Below, in pieces: positions 1 through 10,500 of a stretch of DNA of 64,000 nucleotides. Under the pieces are notes generated by a model. It was not told the DNA's origin and ran no database searches. It worked only from the letters and a program-made list of their open reading frames with translations. Source of the DNA: Bryobacteraceae bacterium. Its GTDB lineage: Bacteria > Acidobacteriota > Terriglobia > Bryobacterales > Bryobacteraceae. The DNA lies in the NCBI GenBank assembly GCA_965219315.1, contig CBDCNB010000003.1, positions 1,894,463 to 1,958,462 on the forward strand, written 5' to 3'. Each line of letters starts with the position of its first letter. The first letter of the stretch is position 1. The position numbers and the translations under genes were made by a program.

Positions 1-2
1 TC

Positions 3-827
3 GTGGAACTCTGCAACATCAGCCTACGCTTTGGCGAGAAATGGGCGTTGCGAAATGTCTCCTTGTCTTTGCAGCCTGGGGAAACCCGTATTCTTCTAGG
101 AGCAGCGGGTAGCGGAAAAACAACGCTGTTGAAAGCGGTCATCGGACTTGTTTGCGTCGATGAAGGCACCGTGAAGCTTTTCGGTGAGGACGTCACTGCT
201 ATGACCGAACATGACCTATTCGCTTTACGTAGTCGGGCCGGTATCGTGCTTCAGGAGGGCGGCCTCTTCGACTCGCTTTCCATTGGAGAGAATGTCGAAT
301 ACCCTCTGCTGAACCAACAAGCAAACGAGGATAGTTCCAAAAAGCCTTCGAAAAGCGGCAGCTTTGAAGAGCAGGTCCGTGAAACTTTGCGTTTCGTCGA
401 GTTGGAGCATACTTTCGATAAGTTCCCGAGCGAGGTTTCGGGAGGCATGCGCCGCCGGGTGGGAATTGCGCGGGCGATTATCACGGAACCGCCGCTGGTT
501 CTTTACGACTCGCCGACCGCCGGTCTCGATCCGATCACTGCCAACACGATTATGGCGCTGGTGGCAAAGGAGCGGGATACGCGCAACACCGCCGCTCTCA
601 TCGTCACCCATCGTTATCAGGACGGTGAGATGATGGCGAATTTTCGCTACGATGCCGATAAAGAGGAGCTGTTGAAAGTGACCGAGCAAGAGCACCAGGA
701 CCCGAATCAAACGCGGACAAAGTTTATCGTGATGAAAGAAGGGAAAATTGTTTTCTTTGGTACCCGCCGAGAGCTGGAAAGCTCCGATGACGATTACGTA
801 AAACGATTTGTAAGGCACGACGCTTAA
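3..827 (+). CDS. ABC transporter ATP-binding protein, MlaF/Mce-system type (N-terminus may be clipped by window edge)
   Basis: Walker A GAAGSGKTT, ABC signature SGGMRRRVGIARA, Walker B LVLYDSPTAGLD. An MCE/MlaD gene follows 6 nt later. Confidence 0.85.
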   Translation: MELCNISLRFGEKWALRNVSLSLQPGETRILLGAAGSGKTTLLKAVIGLVCVDEGTVKLFGEDVTAMTEHDLFALRSRAGIVLQEGGLFDSLSIGENVEYPLLNQQANEDSSKKPSKSGSFEEQVRETLRFVELEHTFDKFPSEVSGGMRRRVGIARAIITEPPLVLYDSPTAGLDPITANTIMALVAKERDTRNTAALIVTHRYQDGEMMANFRYDADKEELLKVTEQEHQDPNQTRTKFIVMKEGKIVFFGTRRELESSDDDYVKRFVRHDA

Positions 828-833
828 AAAAAT

Positions 834-1910
834 ATGCCCAGCAAAGAGAGAGTAAATTTCGCGCAGTTCCGAGTTGGAATTCTTGGTTTAGTTGCGCTGT
901 TTTTTGTGGTGCTTCTGGTGTTCTTATTGACCGGGAATACACATCCGTTTCGAAAGGAAGTGGAGCTGCACGCCTACGTATCCGACGCAGCGGCGCTGAA
1001 TGCGGGAGCACCGGTCCGCATCAACGGCATACAGGCTGGGAAAGTGACGGAAGTTGCGCTCTCCGGATCGAATGATCCGCAGCGCATTATTAAGATCAAT
1101 TTCGAAGTCTATCAAGATATGCTGAAGCAGCTTCCGGACGACTCGCTTGCCTCCATTGGTTCGGATAACCTTCTAGGAAGCACAAAGTTCTTGTCGATTG
1201 CAAAGGGGAAAAATCAGGAAACACTAAAGCCCGGCGCTACGATCAAGTCGGCCGATACGCTGGAATTCGATCAGCTTGTGCGGCAAGGGTATTCTGTACT
1301 CGATTCGTTGCAGGGCACAGTTGCCAAAATACAGAAGATTGTCGAACAGGTGGAAGTAGGTCATGGCACCATCGGCAAGCTGCTGGTGGACGAGACGCTT
1401 TATAACAGCTTGCAAGCCACCGTGAATCAAGTTCAGCTTTTGACTACCACGTTGAATACCAAAAAGGGTACAGTCGGACGGTTGGTAAACGACGATACGA
1501 TCTACAACGAGGTTCAATCCGCCGTTGCCAAGGTGGATTCCATTATGCAAGGGCTGCAGCAGGGGAAGGGAACAGCCGGGCTGCTGTTGAACGATCGCAA
1601 GGTGTACGACGACCTGGATACTTCGGTAACGCAGCTCAATACAATTCTGAGGGACTTGAACGCCGGGAAAGGCACTGCGGGTCAGCTTCTTAAGCGCGAC
1701 AAAATTGCCAACCAATTATCGGGTACGTTGGCCAAGATTAATCTGACGGTCGATAAGCTAAACTCAGGCCAAGGTACCCTGGGGCAGCTTCTGGTGAATC
1801 CACAGCTTTATGATGAAGCAACGGGAACAACCCGTGAGCTACATGCTTTATTGAAGGACTTCCGCGCAAATCCGAAGAAGTTCCTGAGTATCAAGCTGCA
1901 CATCTTCTAG
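834..1910 (+). CDS. MCE/MlaD family protein with five C-terminal 34-aa repeats
   Basis: N-terminal TM helix and MCE core (GAPVRINGIQAGKVTEV), then 5 tandem GxGTxGxLL..Y repeats. Operonic with the ABC ATPase. Confidence 0.85.
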   Translation: MPSKERVNFAQFRVGILGLVALFFVVLLVFLLTGNTHPFRKEVELHAYVSDAAALNAGAPVRINGIQAGKVTEVALSGSNDPQRIIKINFEVYQDMLKQLPDDSLASIGSDNLLGSTKFLSIAKGKNQETLKPGATIKSADTLEFDQLVRQGYSVLDSLQGTVAKIQKIVEQVEVGHGTIGKLLVDETLYNSLQATVNQVQLLTTTLNTKKGTVGRLVNDDTIYNEVQSAVAKVDSIMQGLQQGKGTAGLLLNDRKVYDDLDTSVTQLNTILRDLNAGKGTAGQLLKRDKIANQLSGTLAKINLTVDKLNSGQGTLGQLLVNPQLYDEATGTTRELHALLKDFRANPKKFLSIKLHIF

Positions 1911-1911
1911 C

Positions 1912-2745
1912 GTGGGCAAGACGCTTATCGTCAATGCCGATGATTTTGGCTTCACGCGGGACGTCAATGCCGGAATTGTGCAGGCGCATCGCAAGGGTAT
2001 TCTTACTGCGACCACCCTGATGGCGAATGGGGATGCGTTCGACGATGCCGTGTACCTGGCTCACCAGACGCCGTCTCTCGATATCGGTTGTCATCTTGCG
2101 CTGCTGCAGGGACGCTCTCTCGTTACCGGTGAACCGTTGCCGGAGACTCCTTCCGCCTTACTGCTGGCTTTATCGAGGCGTCGAATCGACGTAGACGCGG
2201 AGTTTCGCGCGCAGATTCGCAAAATCATCGGTACCGGTTTGCGTCCTACCCATCTCGATTCCCACAAGCATACCCACATTCTTCCCCGCGTGTTTCGCTC
2301 GGTTGTCCGCCTGGCGGAAGAGTTTGAAATTCCCTATGTACGCCTGCCGCTGGATGCAACTGTCCCCTATGCCGGAGGAGCGCGTCAACTGCTGCGGCGC
2401 TATTACGGAACCATGGCACGCCGGCACCATGTCCGCACGACCGATCATTTCGTGGGATTCCGTCTCACCGGCAAGTTGACCGAAGCGACTTTAGCGCCTG
2501 CGCTTGCTTCGCTGCGGGAAGGCACAACGGAGTTCATGTGTCATCCCGGCTATCTAGGGGCAGAGTTGCAGAAGGCCGCCACGCGCCTGAAGGAGTCCCG
2601 CGTTCGTGAGCTGGAGGCTTTGACATCGCCTCGCATCCGCTCGCTTGTTGAACGGGAAGACATAACGCTCATGGGATACTCTTGCCAAGAGCGAATACTT
2701 TCAAACCGTGGATTATCAGGAGCTTTCCCCCCGACTGAAACATAA
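1912..2745 (+). CDS. YdjC/ChbG-family carbohydrate deacetylase (HpnK-like)
   Basis: N-terminal NADDFG motif and HLDSHKHTH metal-binding motif typical of the YdjC family. GTG start 1 nt after the MlaD stop. Confidence 0.8.
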   Translation: MGKTLIVNADDFGFTRDVNAGIVQAHRKGILTATTLMANGDAFDDAVYLAHQTPSLDIGCHLALLQGRSLVTGEPLPETPSALLLALSRRRIDVDAEFRAQIRKIIGTGLRPTHLDSHKHTHILPRVFRSVVRLAEEFEIPYVRLPLDATVPYAGGARQLLRRYYGTMARRHHVRTTDHFVGFRLTGKLTEATLAPALASLREGTTEFMCHPGYLGAELQKAATRLKESRVRELEALTSPRIRSLVEREDITLMGYSCQERILSNRGLSGAFPPTET

Positions 2746-2887
2746 ACTTTCGCGATTTGGGAAGAGTTTTTCTTGTTTACCAGCAAATTAAATCAGCTAT
2801 GACTTTGCTTTTGTTTGAATCTTGTAGTAGCATCTTCGAAGATGTAGCCCCTTTAATCCAAACCAATCAAGACGAGGAAATCTTGCA

Positions 2888-3199
2888 ATGTTGAAAAAGG
2901 ATATAACACGGACACATCGGAGATGTTTCTTGCGCAATAGCATAGGGATAAGTGCTCTCTTGCCTACAATGCTTTGCGCACAAGGGCAAAGTGGCATTCC
3001 CCTGCCGCTCATATCAGGTGTTGCAACAACCGCAAACAATTGTATTAATCCTGAACTTATCTATAATTTACTGCCTCCACCTGATCCCCGGATAGTTGCT
3101 GCGGCGATCGGTGGTATGGCCTACTCGTTAGGGGAAGAAGAGCGAAAAGGATCGCCTCCTGGCGCTCCTTGTCTTAGAAATGGAGAATGTTGGAAATGA
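2888..3199 (+). CDS. small hypothetical protein with twin-arginine-like signal peptide
   Basis: T-H-R-R-C-F-L-R matches the Tat consensus S/T-R-R-x-F-L-K and is followed by a hydrophobic stretch and AQG. GAGGA lies about 10 nt upstream of the ATG. Sits in an AT-rich islet. No family recognised. Confidence 0.35.
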   Translation: MLKKDITRTHRRCFLRNSIGISALLPTMLCAQGQSGIPLPLISGVATTANNCINPELIYNLLPPPDPRIVAAAIGGMAYSLGEEERKGSPPGAPCLRNGECWK

Positions 3200-3501
3200 T
3201 AATCGACTCTCGCTCTGTCCAAAAAATGGCAGCGGGTAGCGTAGTTGCGTCTGCCGCATCAACTGTTCTTGCTGCCTTCAAACATACAGAAGTCAGCACA
3301 GTATGGAATTGTGTATGTGGGCTACTAATTTGCATCGGTTGCTTTCTATATGTTAGATACAGAACTGGACGTTATCCGGGGTTCGTAGAAGAACAACCTA
3401 GTTCGCAAGTGATCGGCGTTCTCGCGATGATTTGTCTTGCTATAGGAACTCTGATGATTTTTGAAATAATAATTGTGATAGTTTTTGGCTTGGTGAAATA
3501 A
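3196..3501 (+). CDS. small polytopic membrane protein, hypothetical
   Basis: ATGA start/stop overlap with the upstream ORF, and GGAG 10 nt upstream of the 3196 ATG. Has 3-4 hydrophobic segments. An alternative in-frame ATG is at 3187. No family recognised. Confidence 0.35.
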   Translation: MIIDSRSVQKMAAGSVVASAASTVLAAFKHTEVSTVWNCVCGLLICIGCFLYVRYRTGRYPGFVEEQPSSQVIGVLAMICLAIGTLMIFEIIIVIVFGLVK

Positions 3502-3600
3502 TCCATACAGCTTTGGGCGCCAACTTCAAAATTCGTGTCCAGAGCGAATCCATTGCGACGCTGTAACAGTTGGCTCATTGTTATTTAGGTGTTACTATTT

Positions 3601-4581
3601 TCATGTACGATTTTTCCCAAATCCTACATACTGAACTTCCTCCTCCAAATCGAACCCGAACTCCTCCCGCACGCGCCGCTTTAATTCCTCGATGACGGCA
3701 ACCAGATCGGACGCACTTCCCTGTCCGTCGTTATAAATCAGATTGGCGTGGTAACTCGCCACTTGAATATCGCTGCGCCGCAGGCCCTTCGCCCCTACCT
3801 GTTCTAGAAACCAGGCCGACGGAACTTTGCCTTCCCGAATCACACTCGCCGGAATCCGCGCCTGCACATCGTCCGGTAACTCTGCCAACAAAAGATTCTT
3901 GAAAATACTACCAGCGCACTTCATCGTCGGCGGGTATTTGGCATCGCGAATCGCGCGAATATCGTCCGCAATCTTCTTTAATTTCGCCACCTCATCCTCA
4001 ACAAATCGAAGCAGAGCGGAAAGGATCACCCAGTTCTTCCGGCTCTTAAAGACGCTTTCGCGATAGTGGAACCGGCATTCTTCATTGGTGAACGTCCGAA
4101 CAGCCTGCCCGTCGGTAAACTGCACCTCTTCCACTAGTTCCTGCATGGAATGGCCATAAGCACCCGCATTGCCATAGATAGCCGCTCCGAGATTGCCCGG
4201 AATGCCCGTCAACGTTTCCATTCCGCGAAGTCCCATCGCGATGCTTCGATCGACGACACTCTGCAGGGCGGCACCGGCTTCGGCATGCAACAGCGTTCCG
4301 CGCCGCTCCAGGCGCGATCCGCTGAAGCGCAGCACCACGCCATCAAAACCCAGATCGGAAGCCACCAGGTTCGATCCTCCGCCAATCACTACATTGGGCA
4401 GTCCCATGTCACGTACAATACGAAAGGCTTCGACGAAGGCATCCACGCTCGACGCATCGGCAAACACGGCCGCCGGACCGCCAAGACCGAATCGGGTATA
4501 GTTTGCTAAAGGGCTTTCCGTGAAAACACTTAGATTTTGGATTGCGGCAAGACGAGGTAGCGCCGCCGAGGTAACCGGCAT
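3601..4581 (-). CDS. murB: UDP-N-acetylenolpyruvoylglucosamine reductase
   Basis: FAD-binding region [11 protein letters not shown] and C-terminal MurB motifs (SYHANLIYN). The track ORF (to 4980) is over-extended. ATG at 4581 gives 326 aa and clears the divergent fsa gene. Confidence 0.9.
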   Translation of the reverse strand: MPVTSAALPRLAAIQNLSVFTESPLANYTRFGLGGPAAVFADASSVDAFVEAFRIVRDMGLPNVVIGGGSNLVASDLGFDGVVLRFSGSRLERRGTLLHAEAGAALQSVVDRSIAMGLRGMETLTGIPGNLGAAIYGNAGAYGHSMQELVEEVQFTDGQAVRTFTNEECRFHYRESVFKSRKNWVILSALLRFVEDEVAKLKKIADDIRAIRDAKYPPTMKCAGSIFKNLLLAELPDDVQARIPASVIREGKVPSAWFLEQVGAKGLRRSDIQVASYHANLIYNDGQGSASDLVAVIEELKRRVREEFGFDLEEEVQYVGFGKNRT

Positions 4582-4638
4582 TGTCCCGATTATAAAAAAT
4601 ACCGCCGCCGCCGTCCTTTTCGCTGCATGGGTAGAAGC

Positions 4639-5295
4639 ATGAAGTTTTTTCTCGATACGGCCAATCTGGAAGAGATCGAAAAGATTGCCGCGTGGGGCAT
4701 TATCGATGGTGTTACGACCAATCCAAGCCTCATTGCAAAAGAGGGCGTTCCGTTCGAAGACCAGATCCGCCGTATCTGTGGCCTTGTGGACGGCGATGTC
4801 AGTGCGGAGGTCATTTCTACTGCCGCTAACGAGATGATTGCCGAAGGCCGCGCGCTGGCAAAGATTCACCGTAACGTGGTCGTCAAGCTGCCGCTTACCA
4901 AAGAAGGCATTATCGCCTGCGCCGCGCTTTCCAAAGAAGCGATTCGCGTCAATGTCACGCTTTGTTTCTCCGCCGCGCAAGCACTGCTTGCGGCGAAAGC
5001 CGGCGCTTACATTGTGAGTCCGTTCGTCGGAAGGGTGGAAGATATTGGATGGTCGGGCGTTAAGTTGATTGAAGATTGCGTTCTGATCTTTAAAAACTAT
5101 GGCTTCCAGACGCAGGTTCTTGCTACGTCCATTCGTGGCCCGCTACAGGTAATCGAGTCGGCGAAAGCGGGTGCGCATATCGTCACGCTGCCTCCCAAAG
5201 TTCTCGATCAGCTCTTTTATCATCCGCTGACCGAGCGGGGGCTCGAACAGTTTCTCAGCGATTACAACAAGGTCTTTGAGCTCACGAAGGCTTAG
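4639..5295 (+). CDS. fsa: fructose-6-phosphate aldolase / small (type 3B) transaldolase
   Basis: [13 protein letters not shown]...GVTTNPSL N-terminus and about 218 aa length are typical of the Fsa/TalC family. Start taken at the MKFFLD methionine. Confidence 0.9.
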   Translation: MKFFLDTANLEEIEKIAAWGIIDGVTTNPSLIAKEGVPFEDQIRRICGLVDGDVSAEVISTAANEMIAEGRALAKIHRNVVVKLPLTKEGIIACAALSKEAIRVNVTLCFSAAQALLAAKAGAYIVSPFVGRVEDIGWSGVKLIEDCVLIFKNYGFQTQVLATSIRGPLQVIESAKAGAHIVTLPPKVLDQLFYHPLTERGLEQFLSDYNKVFELTKA

Positions 5296-6197
5296 ACCTT
5301 TGTCGCTGCTCTTTGCAGACGGTCGAGTATGGCTGCCCACTCCGGCGTCTGTGGAGGTTGCTGTACCGCAATCCAATCCCAGCGCTCTTTGTCGGCACGG
5401 TGCAGCTCGGCGTATAGCTCTGCGGCATACTTGGCCGGATCTGAGGAGAACCGAATCACGCGCCCACGCCCCGGAGGAACAGCGCTTCCCGGCGCCAACA
5501 CGTAAAACGGAGTATGCGGCGCATAGTGACGTGGATGCAAGCCGGGCGATGGAGCAGAATCTTGGATTATGCCGCTGTTTTGCTTCCACGGAATACCCGT
5601 GGCCTCTTCCAAGTCAGAAAGTGCGACCATGCCGGGGCGCAGCACTAAAGGTTCGTCGCCGGTGAGCAAGACAACGGTCGATTCAATCCCGACCATCGCC
5701 GGTCCTCCATCTAGAATCATTTCTGCTCGCTCTCCTAACCCGGCGCGTACATGCTCGGCGGTGGTCGGCGATATTTGAGTGAACCGGTTCGCGCTCGGAG
5801 CCGCGATGGGAAGGCCCGCCGCCTCAATTAGTTCGAGCGCAACCGGGTGCGCCGGCATGCGTAATGCCACCGACGGCAGTCCCGCGGTGACGATATCGGG
5901 CACAATCGGGTTTTTGGGAACCACTAGCGTCAATGGTCCGGGCCAGAACCGGGCCGCAAGTATTTCAGCGATCTCCGGCCACTCCGCCCCTACTTGCCTC
6001 GCCATGGCAACCCCGGAAATATGTACGATCAGTGGACTGGAAAAAGGCCGCTCTTTCGCCGTGAAGATGCGCTGTACGGCTTTGGGGTCAAGTGCATTCG
6101 CCCCCAGTCCATAAACCGTCTCGGTAGGAAAGGCGACCAGCCTACCTGCGCGAATCAGTTCAGCCGCGCGACGGATCTCATCCGGTGCCGGACGCAT
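5292..6197 (-). CDS. L-threonylcarbamoyladenylate synthase (Sua5/YwlC type)
   Basis: [13 protein letters not shown] and [13 protein letters not shown] motifs of the TsaC/Sua5 family, plus a C-terminal Sua5-like extension. Confidence 0.9.
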   Translation of the reverse strand: MRPAPDEIRRAAELIRAGRLVAFPTETVYGLGANALDPKAVQRIFTAKERPFSSPLIVHISGVAMARQVGAEWPEIAEILAARFWPGPLTLVVPKNPIVPDIVTAGLPSVALRMPAHPVALELIEAAGLPIAAPSANRFTQISPTTAEHVRAGLGERAEMILDGGPAMVGIESTVVLLTGDEPLVLRPGMVALSDLEEATGIPWKQNSGIIQDSAPSPGLHPRHYAPHTPFYVLAPGSAVPPGRGRVIRFSSDPAKYAAELYAELHRADKERWDWIAVQQPPQTPEWAAILDRLQRAATKV

Positions 6198-6230
6198 AGC
6201 AATGCCTTAAATTGGGACTTACTCCGGGCA

Positions 6231-7368
6231 TTACTCCGGCAAATCTTCCTTGCCTTCAGCTCCCGATGTCTTACCCGTCTTGTGCCATACCAGATAGGCA
6301 TGGGTCAACGAATCGATGTCGCCATCCAAGACGCGATCCACGTCGCCGACAGCCAGCTTCGTCCGGTGATCCTTGATCAAACGATAGGGAGCCAGCACAT
6401 AGCTCCGAATTTGGCTGCCGAAGTTAATCTCCATCTTCGAATCTTCTACCTTGCGGTCCTCGGCGCGCTTTTTGTCCATCTCGTACTCGTACAGCTTGGC
6501 GCGCATTTGCTTCATGGCGCTGGCGCGATTTTTATGCTGCGAACGCTCGTTTTGGCACTGCACCACCAGTCCTGTCGGAAGATGTGTAAAACGAACCGCC
6601 GACTCGGTCCGATTGACATGCTGACCCCCAGCCCCGCTCGCACGAAAAACATCGATTTTTAAATCCTCCGGTTTAATGTCGATGTTGATGGTCTCATCGA
6701 TCTGCGGGAATACAAACACCGACGCAAACGACGTATGACGGCGCGCGTTGGCGTCGAACGGCGAGATGCGTACTAATCGATGCACGCCGACCTCGGCCTG
6801 TAATTGCCCGTAGATGTTGTCGCCATCGACTTCGAAGGTTACCGACTTCACGCCCGCGCCCTCACCTTCCAGCCGATCCGTAATCACTGCCTGATATTTG
6901 TGCCGCTCCGCCCAACGCAGGTACATGCGAAGCAGCATTTCTGCCCAGTCCTGGCTTTCGGTTCCACCCGCGCCGGGATGAATCGTCACAATGGCATTGC
7001 GGGCATCGTTTTCTCCCGAAAGCAACATCCCCGTTTCCAGTTGCTCCAGTCGCGCACTCAACGACTTCATCTCGCGCTCAAGATCGCCGGTTATGTCCTC
7101 GCCCTCTTTGCCAAGCTCGAAAAGGGTGTCGATATCGGAGGTGGCGGCGGCAACAGAATTCGAATTCTCTACCGATTCTTCCAGCCGTTTGCGTTCCTGC
7201 ATCACGCGCTGGCTTTTTTCACCTTGATTCCAAAAATCCGGATCGTTGATCTCGCCTTCGAGCGAGTCTAGCTGCTGTTGCTTCGTAGGGGCGTCAAAGA
7301 TAGCTCCGCACAGCTTCGGCTTGCTGTCGGAGCGCAACGTATTCTCTTTCTAGCTCATCCAGAGTCAT
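6231..7368 (-). CDS. prfB: peptide chain release factor 2, requires programmed +1 frameshift
   Basis: SPF and GGQ motifs in the main frame (6231-7337). An upstream ATG at 7368 opens a 24-codon frame ending CTT TGA C at 7299-7293, the classic RF2 autoregulatory site. Confidence 0.9.
7293..7299 (-). promoter_or_regulatory. prfB +1 programmed frameshift site CTTTGAC
   Basis: The minus strand reads ...CGG AGC TAT CTT TGA C. A GGAG SD-like element lies just upstream. GAC at 7295-7293 is in frame with the long downstream ORF. Confidence 0.85.
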
Positions 7369-7563
7369 TCATCTGTAGTGTACTGCCATGCCGGCGCATG
7401 GCTTTGCAATTGTTCAGCTTTCATTATTAGCAATAAGGACCCGCACTTTTCGTTACAATATAAGTACGGGAAACTAAAACACTTGTGGTGTTTCCGTATT
7501 TCTTTTAGGAAGATCGCTGGATAGTGCATCCACAACGTTTCAATACCTTCCCGCAAAAGCCTC

Positions 7564-10500
7564 ATGCCGCAATCCACCGACCCCGCGTTGGGTATTAATA
7601 GCTGGTTAGAAGACGAACTTTATCATCAGTACCAATTCGACCGCAAGAGTGTCGATGCCGGTTGGAGCGACCTGTTTCTCCATCACGCAAATGGCAGCCC
7701 GTCGGGTCAGTCGAATGGAACGCCAGGGTCGCCCGGCAATAACGACTCATACCCTTCCACCAGCGTTGCTGAAGTGAAGGATCAACTCGCTGCTACCGCG
7801 TTGCTCGAAAGGCCGCCTGATGACGAGCCGCCGGCCGGAGATCCACCTAGCGAAGAGCCGCCCATGGAAGAGCCTCCCGGCGAGCCTGCGCCCACTCCAC
7901 AGGAAGGGCAATCCGTTCGGGAAGAGAAAACAAGTCCTCCCATGGTCACCAGCGGAAGTTCGGCACCTGCCGCAGTCGCCAACTCCGCCTCTGCCGCTCT
8001 TCCGAGCCCTGCCTCTACTGCCGTCGCGAAAACCACCGCTGCCCAGCCTGCGCGGCAGACGGAGAACAGCGTCGGCGCTGCCGATCAGTTAATTCCTCTG
8101 CGTGGCGCCGCTGCCCGCATCGCTGAAAATATGACGGCCAGTTTGGCTATTCCCGTGGCCACGTCGCAACGGCAGGTTCCGGTGCGCGTCATCGAGGAAA
8201 ATCGGAACACCATCAATCAGCAGCGCGCATTACAAGGCCGGAGCAAATTAAGCTATACACACCTGATCGCTTGGGCCATCGTGAAGGCCATCAAGTCCAA
8301 TCCCAGTCTGAATCACGCCTATGAAGAGAAAGAAGGCCAGCCCTTCCGCGTTACGCGCACTCAGGTGAACATCGGCCTGGCAGTCGATGTCCCGGCAAAA
8401 GACGGCACCCGTTCGCTAAAAGTCCCTAATGTAAAACATGCCGAAGGGATGAGTTTCGCCCAATTCGTTTCCGCCTACGACGATATCGTTGCCCGGGCCC
8501 GCGCCAACAAGTTGCAGATCGCCGATTTCGAAGGCACTACTATTTCGCTGACGAATCCCGGCACAGTCGGAACGTTGGGCTCCGTGCCTCGCTTGATGCC
8601 TCGCCAGGGTGCGATCATTGCAACCGGCTCTATCGATTATCCCGCCGAGTTTGCCGCCGTGACCGAGGAAAATCGCGCCATGCTCGGCCTCAGCAAGGTG
8701 CTCATGATTACTTGCACCTATGACCACCGTATTATCCAAGGGGCTGAATCAGGCCTGTTTCTCGCCAAGCTGCAGCAACTCCTACAGGGTGAGGACGGCT
8801 TCTACGAAGGCATTTTCCGCGATCTGAAAATTCCGTATATGCCTGTTCGCTGGCAGACGGATCAACAGCTTTCTCCGAGTCGCTATGCGGCGCTCAATAC
8901 CGATGTCGCAAAGGAAGCGGCAGTCATTCAGCTTATCAACGCTTACCGTATTCGCGGGCACCTGCTGGCCAATACCAATCCCTTGGGGAACGATCCTGCT
9001 TATCACGCCGAACTCGATCCTGCGTCTTACGGTCTGTCCATTTGGGATCTTGATCGGCCATTTTTAGCCGGTGCGGTGAAAGCACCCAGTGGAGCCATCG
9101 CGTCCTATATGCAGCCCTACGAAACGCTGCGCGAGATCTTGGATCGTCTGCGTTTCACCTACTGCGGCGCTATCGGAGCCGAATACATGCACATTCAGGA
9201 TCCGCAGCAAAAACAATGGCTGCAGGACCGCATGGAAGCCACCATGAATCTTTGGAAGCTGGATGGCGGTGTTCGGCAGCGGGTATTCAACCGTCTTGTG
9301 CAGGCCGAGGAGTTCGAACACTTCCTGCAAAGCCGGTTTGTCGGTCAAAAACGTTTCGGTTTGGAAGGGCTGGAAAGCACAATCGTTGTGCTCGACGAAA
9401 TTTTGGAAAAAGCCGCCAACCAGCACGCGCATGAGGCTGTTATCGGGATGGCGCATCGCGGCCGTTTAAATGTTCTCACGAACGTCGTTGGCAAACCCTT
9501 GTCGCAGGTCTTTTCCGAGTTCGAAGGCGAAGGCGATCCTCAGTCGGTGCAGGGCTCCGGTGATGTGAAATATCACCTGGGCGCCAGCGGTATTCATAGA
9601 TCGAGCGAAGGCAAAGAGCTTCTTGTTTCTGTCGCCTTCAATCCCAGCCATTTGGAAGCAGTGAATCCCGTGGTGGAAGGCTTGGTCCGACCAAAGCAGG
9701 ACCGTATCGGAGATACAGCCCGTGAGCGCGTGATCCCCATCCTGATCCATGGCGATGCCGCCTTTATCGGGCAGGGAATTGTCGCGGAGGTTCTTCAGCT
9801 TTCGCAATTGGAAGGCTATACCACCGGCGGAACCATTCACGTGGTTACGAACAATCAAATCGGCTTTACCACCAACCCGCTCGATGGCCGCAGCAGCATC
9901 TATTGCACGGATGTCGCGCTTACGGTGCAAGCGCCTATCTTCCACGTCAATGGCGACGATCCTGAAGCCTGTTTGCGTGTCTCTCAACTCGCCTACGATT
10001 ATCGCCAGCGATTCAAGCGCGACGTCGTCATCGATGTGATCGGCTACCGGCGTCAGGGCCATAACGAGGCGGATGATCCCAGTTACACGCAGCCGGTAAT
10101 GTACCGCAAGATCAAGGCCACACCTACTGTCGCCACGCAGTATACCGAGCGTTTGGTCCGCGAGAAATTTCTTACGCCGGAGCAGGCAAACCAAGCGCGA
10201 ACGCAGGTCCGCGCCCGCTTAAACGAAGCCTTCGATCAAGCAAAAAAGCGCCGGGAAGAGTTCATCATCGAGGAGTTTGCCGAAGCGCCGTCGGAACAAG
10301 TCTTTCAGCCGATCCCGTCCACGGCCGCGGATGAGAATATTCTTTCGAAAGTGGTCGAGCGTTGCACCTCGCTTCCCGAAGAATTCCATCTTCATCCCAA
10401 ATTGAAATCTCTCCTCGATAAACGCCGAGAATCCATCAAGGGTGGGCAGATTGACTGGGGATTTGCGGAGACGCTGGCCTTCGGCAGTCTTGTGCTGGAA

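Noticed and set aside
3601-4980. 459-aa ORF suggesting a much longer MurB
   Set aside because: The first 133 codons overlap the well-supported divergent fsa/tal gene and look like antisense translation. MurB homology begins at the internal Met (ATG 4581).
5292-5295. Convergent fsa and sua5-type genes overlap at their stop codons, with no room for terminators
   Set aside because: This is real but commonplace genome compaction. No further functional signal was seen.
7782-8092. Short ORFs on both strands inside the Pro/Ala-rich linker region of sucA
   Set aside because: These are by-products of low-complexity GC-rich coding sequence. The sucA frame is continuous through this segment.
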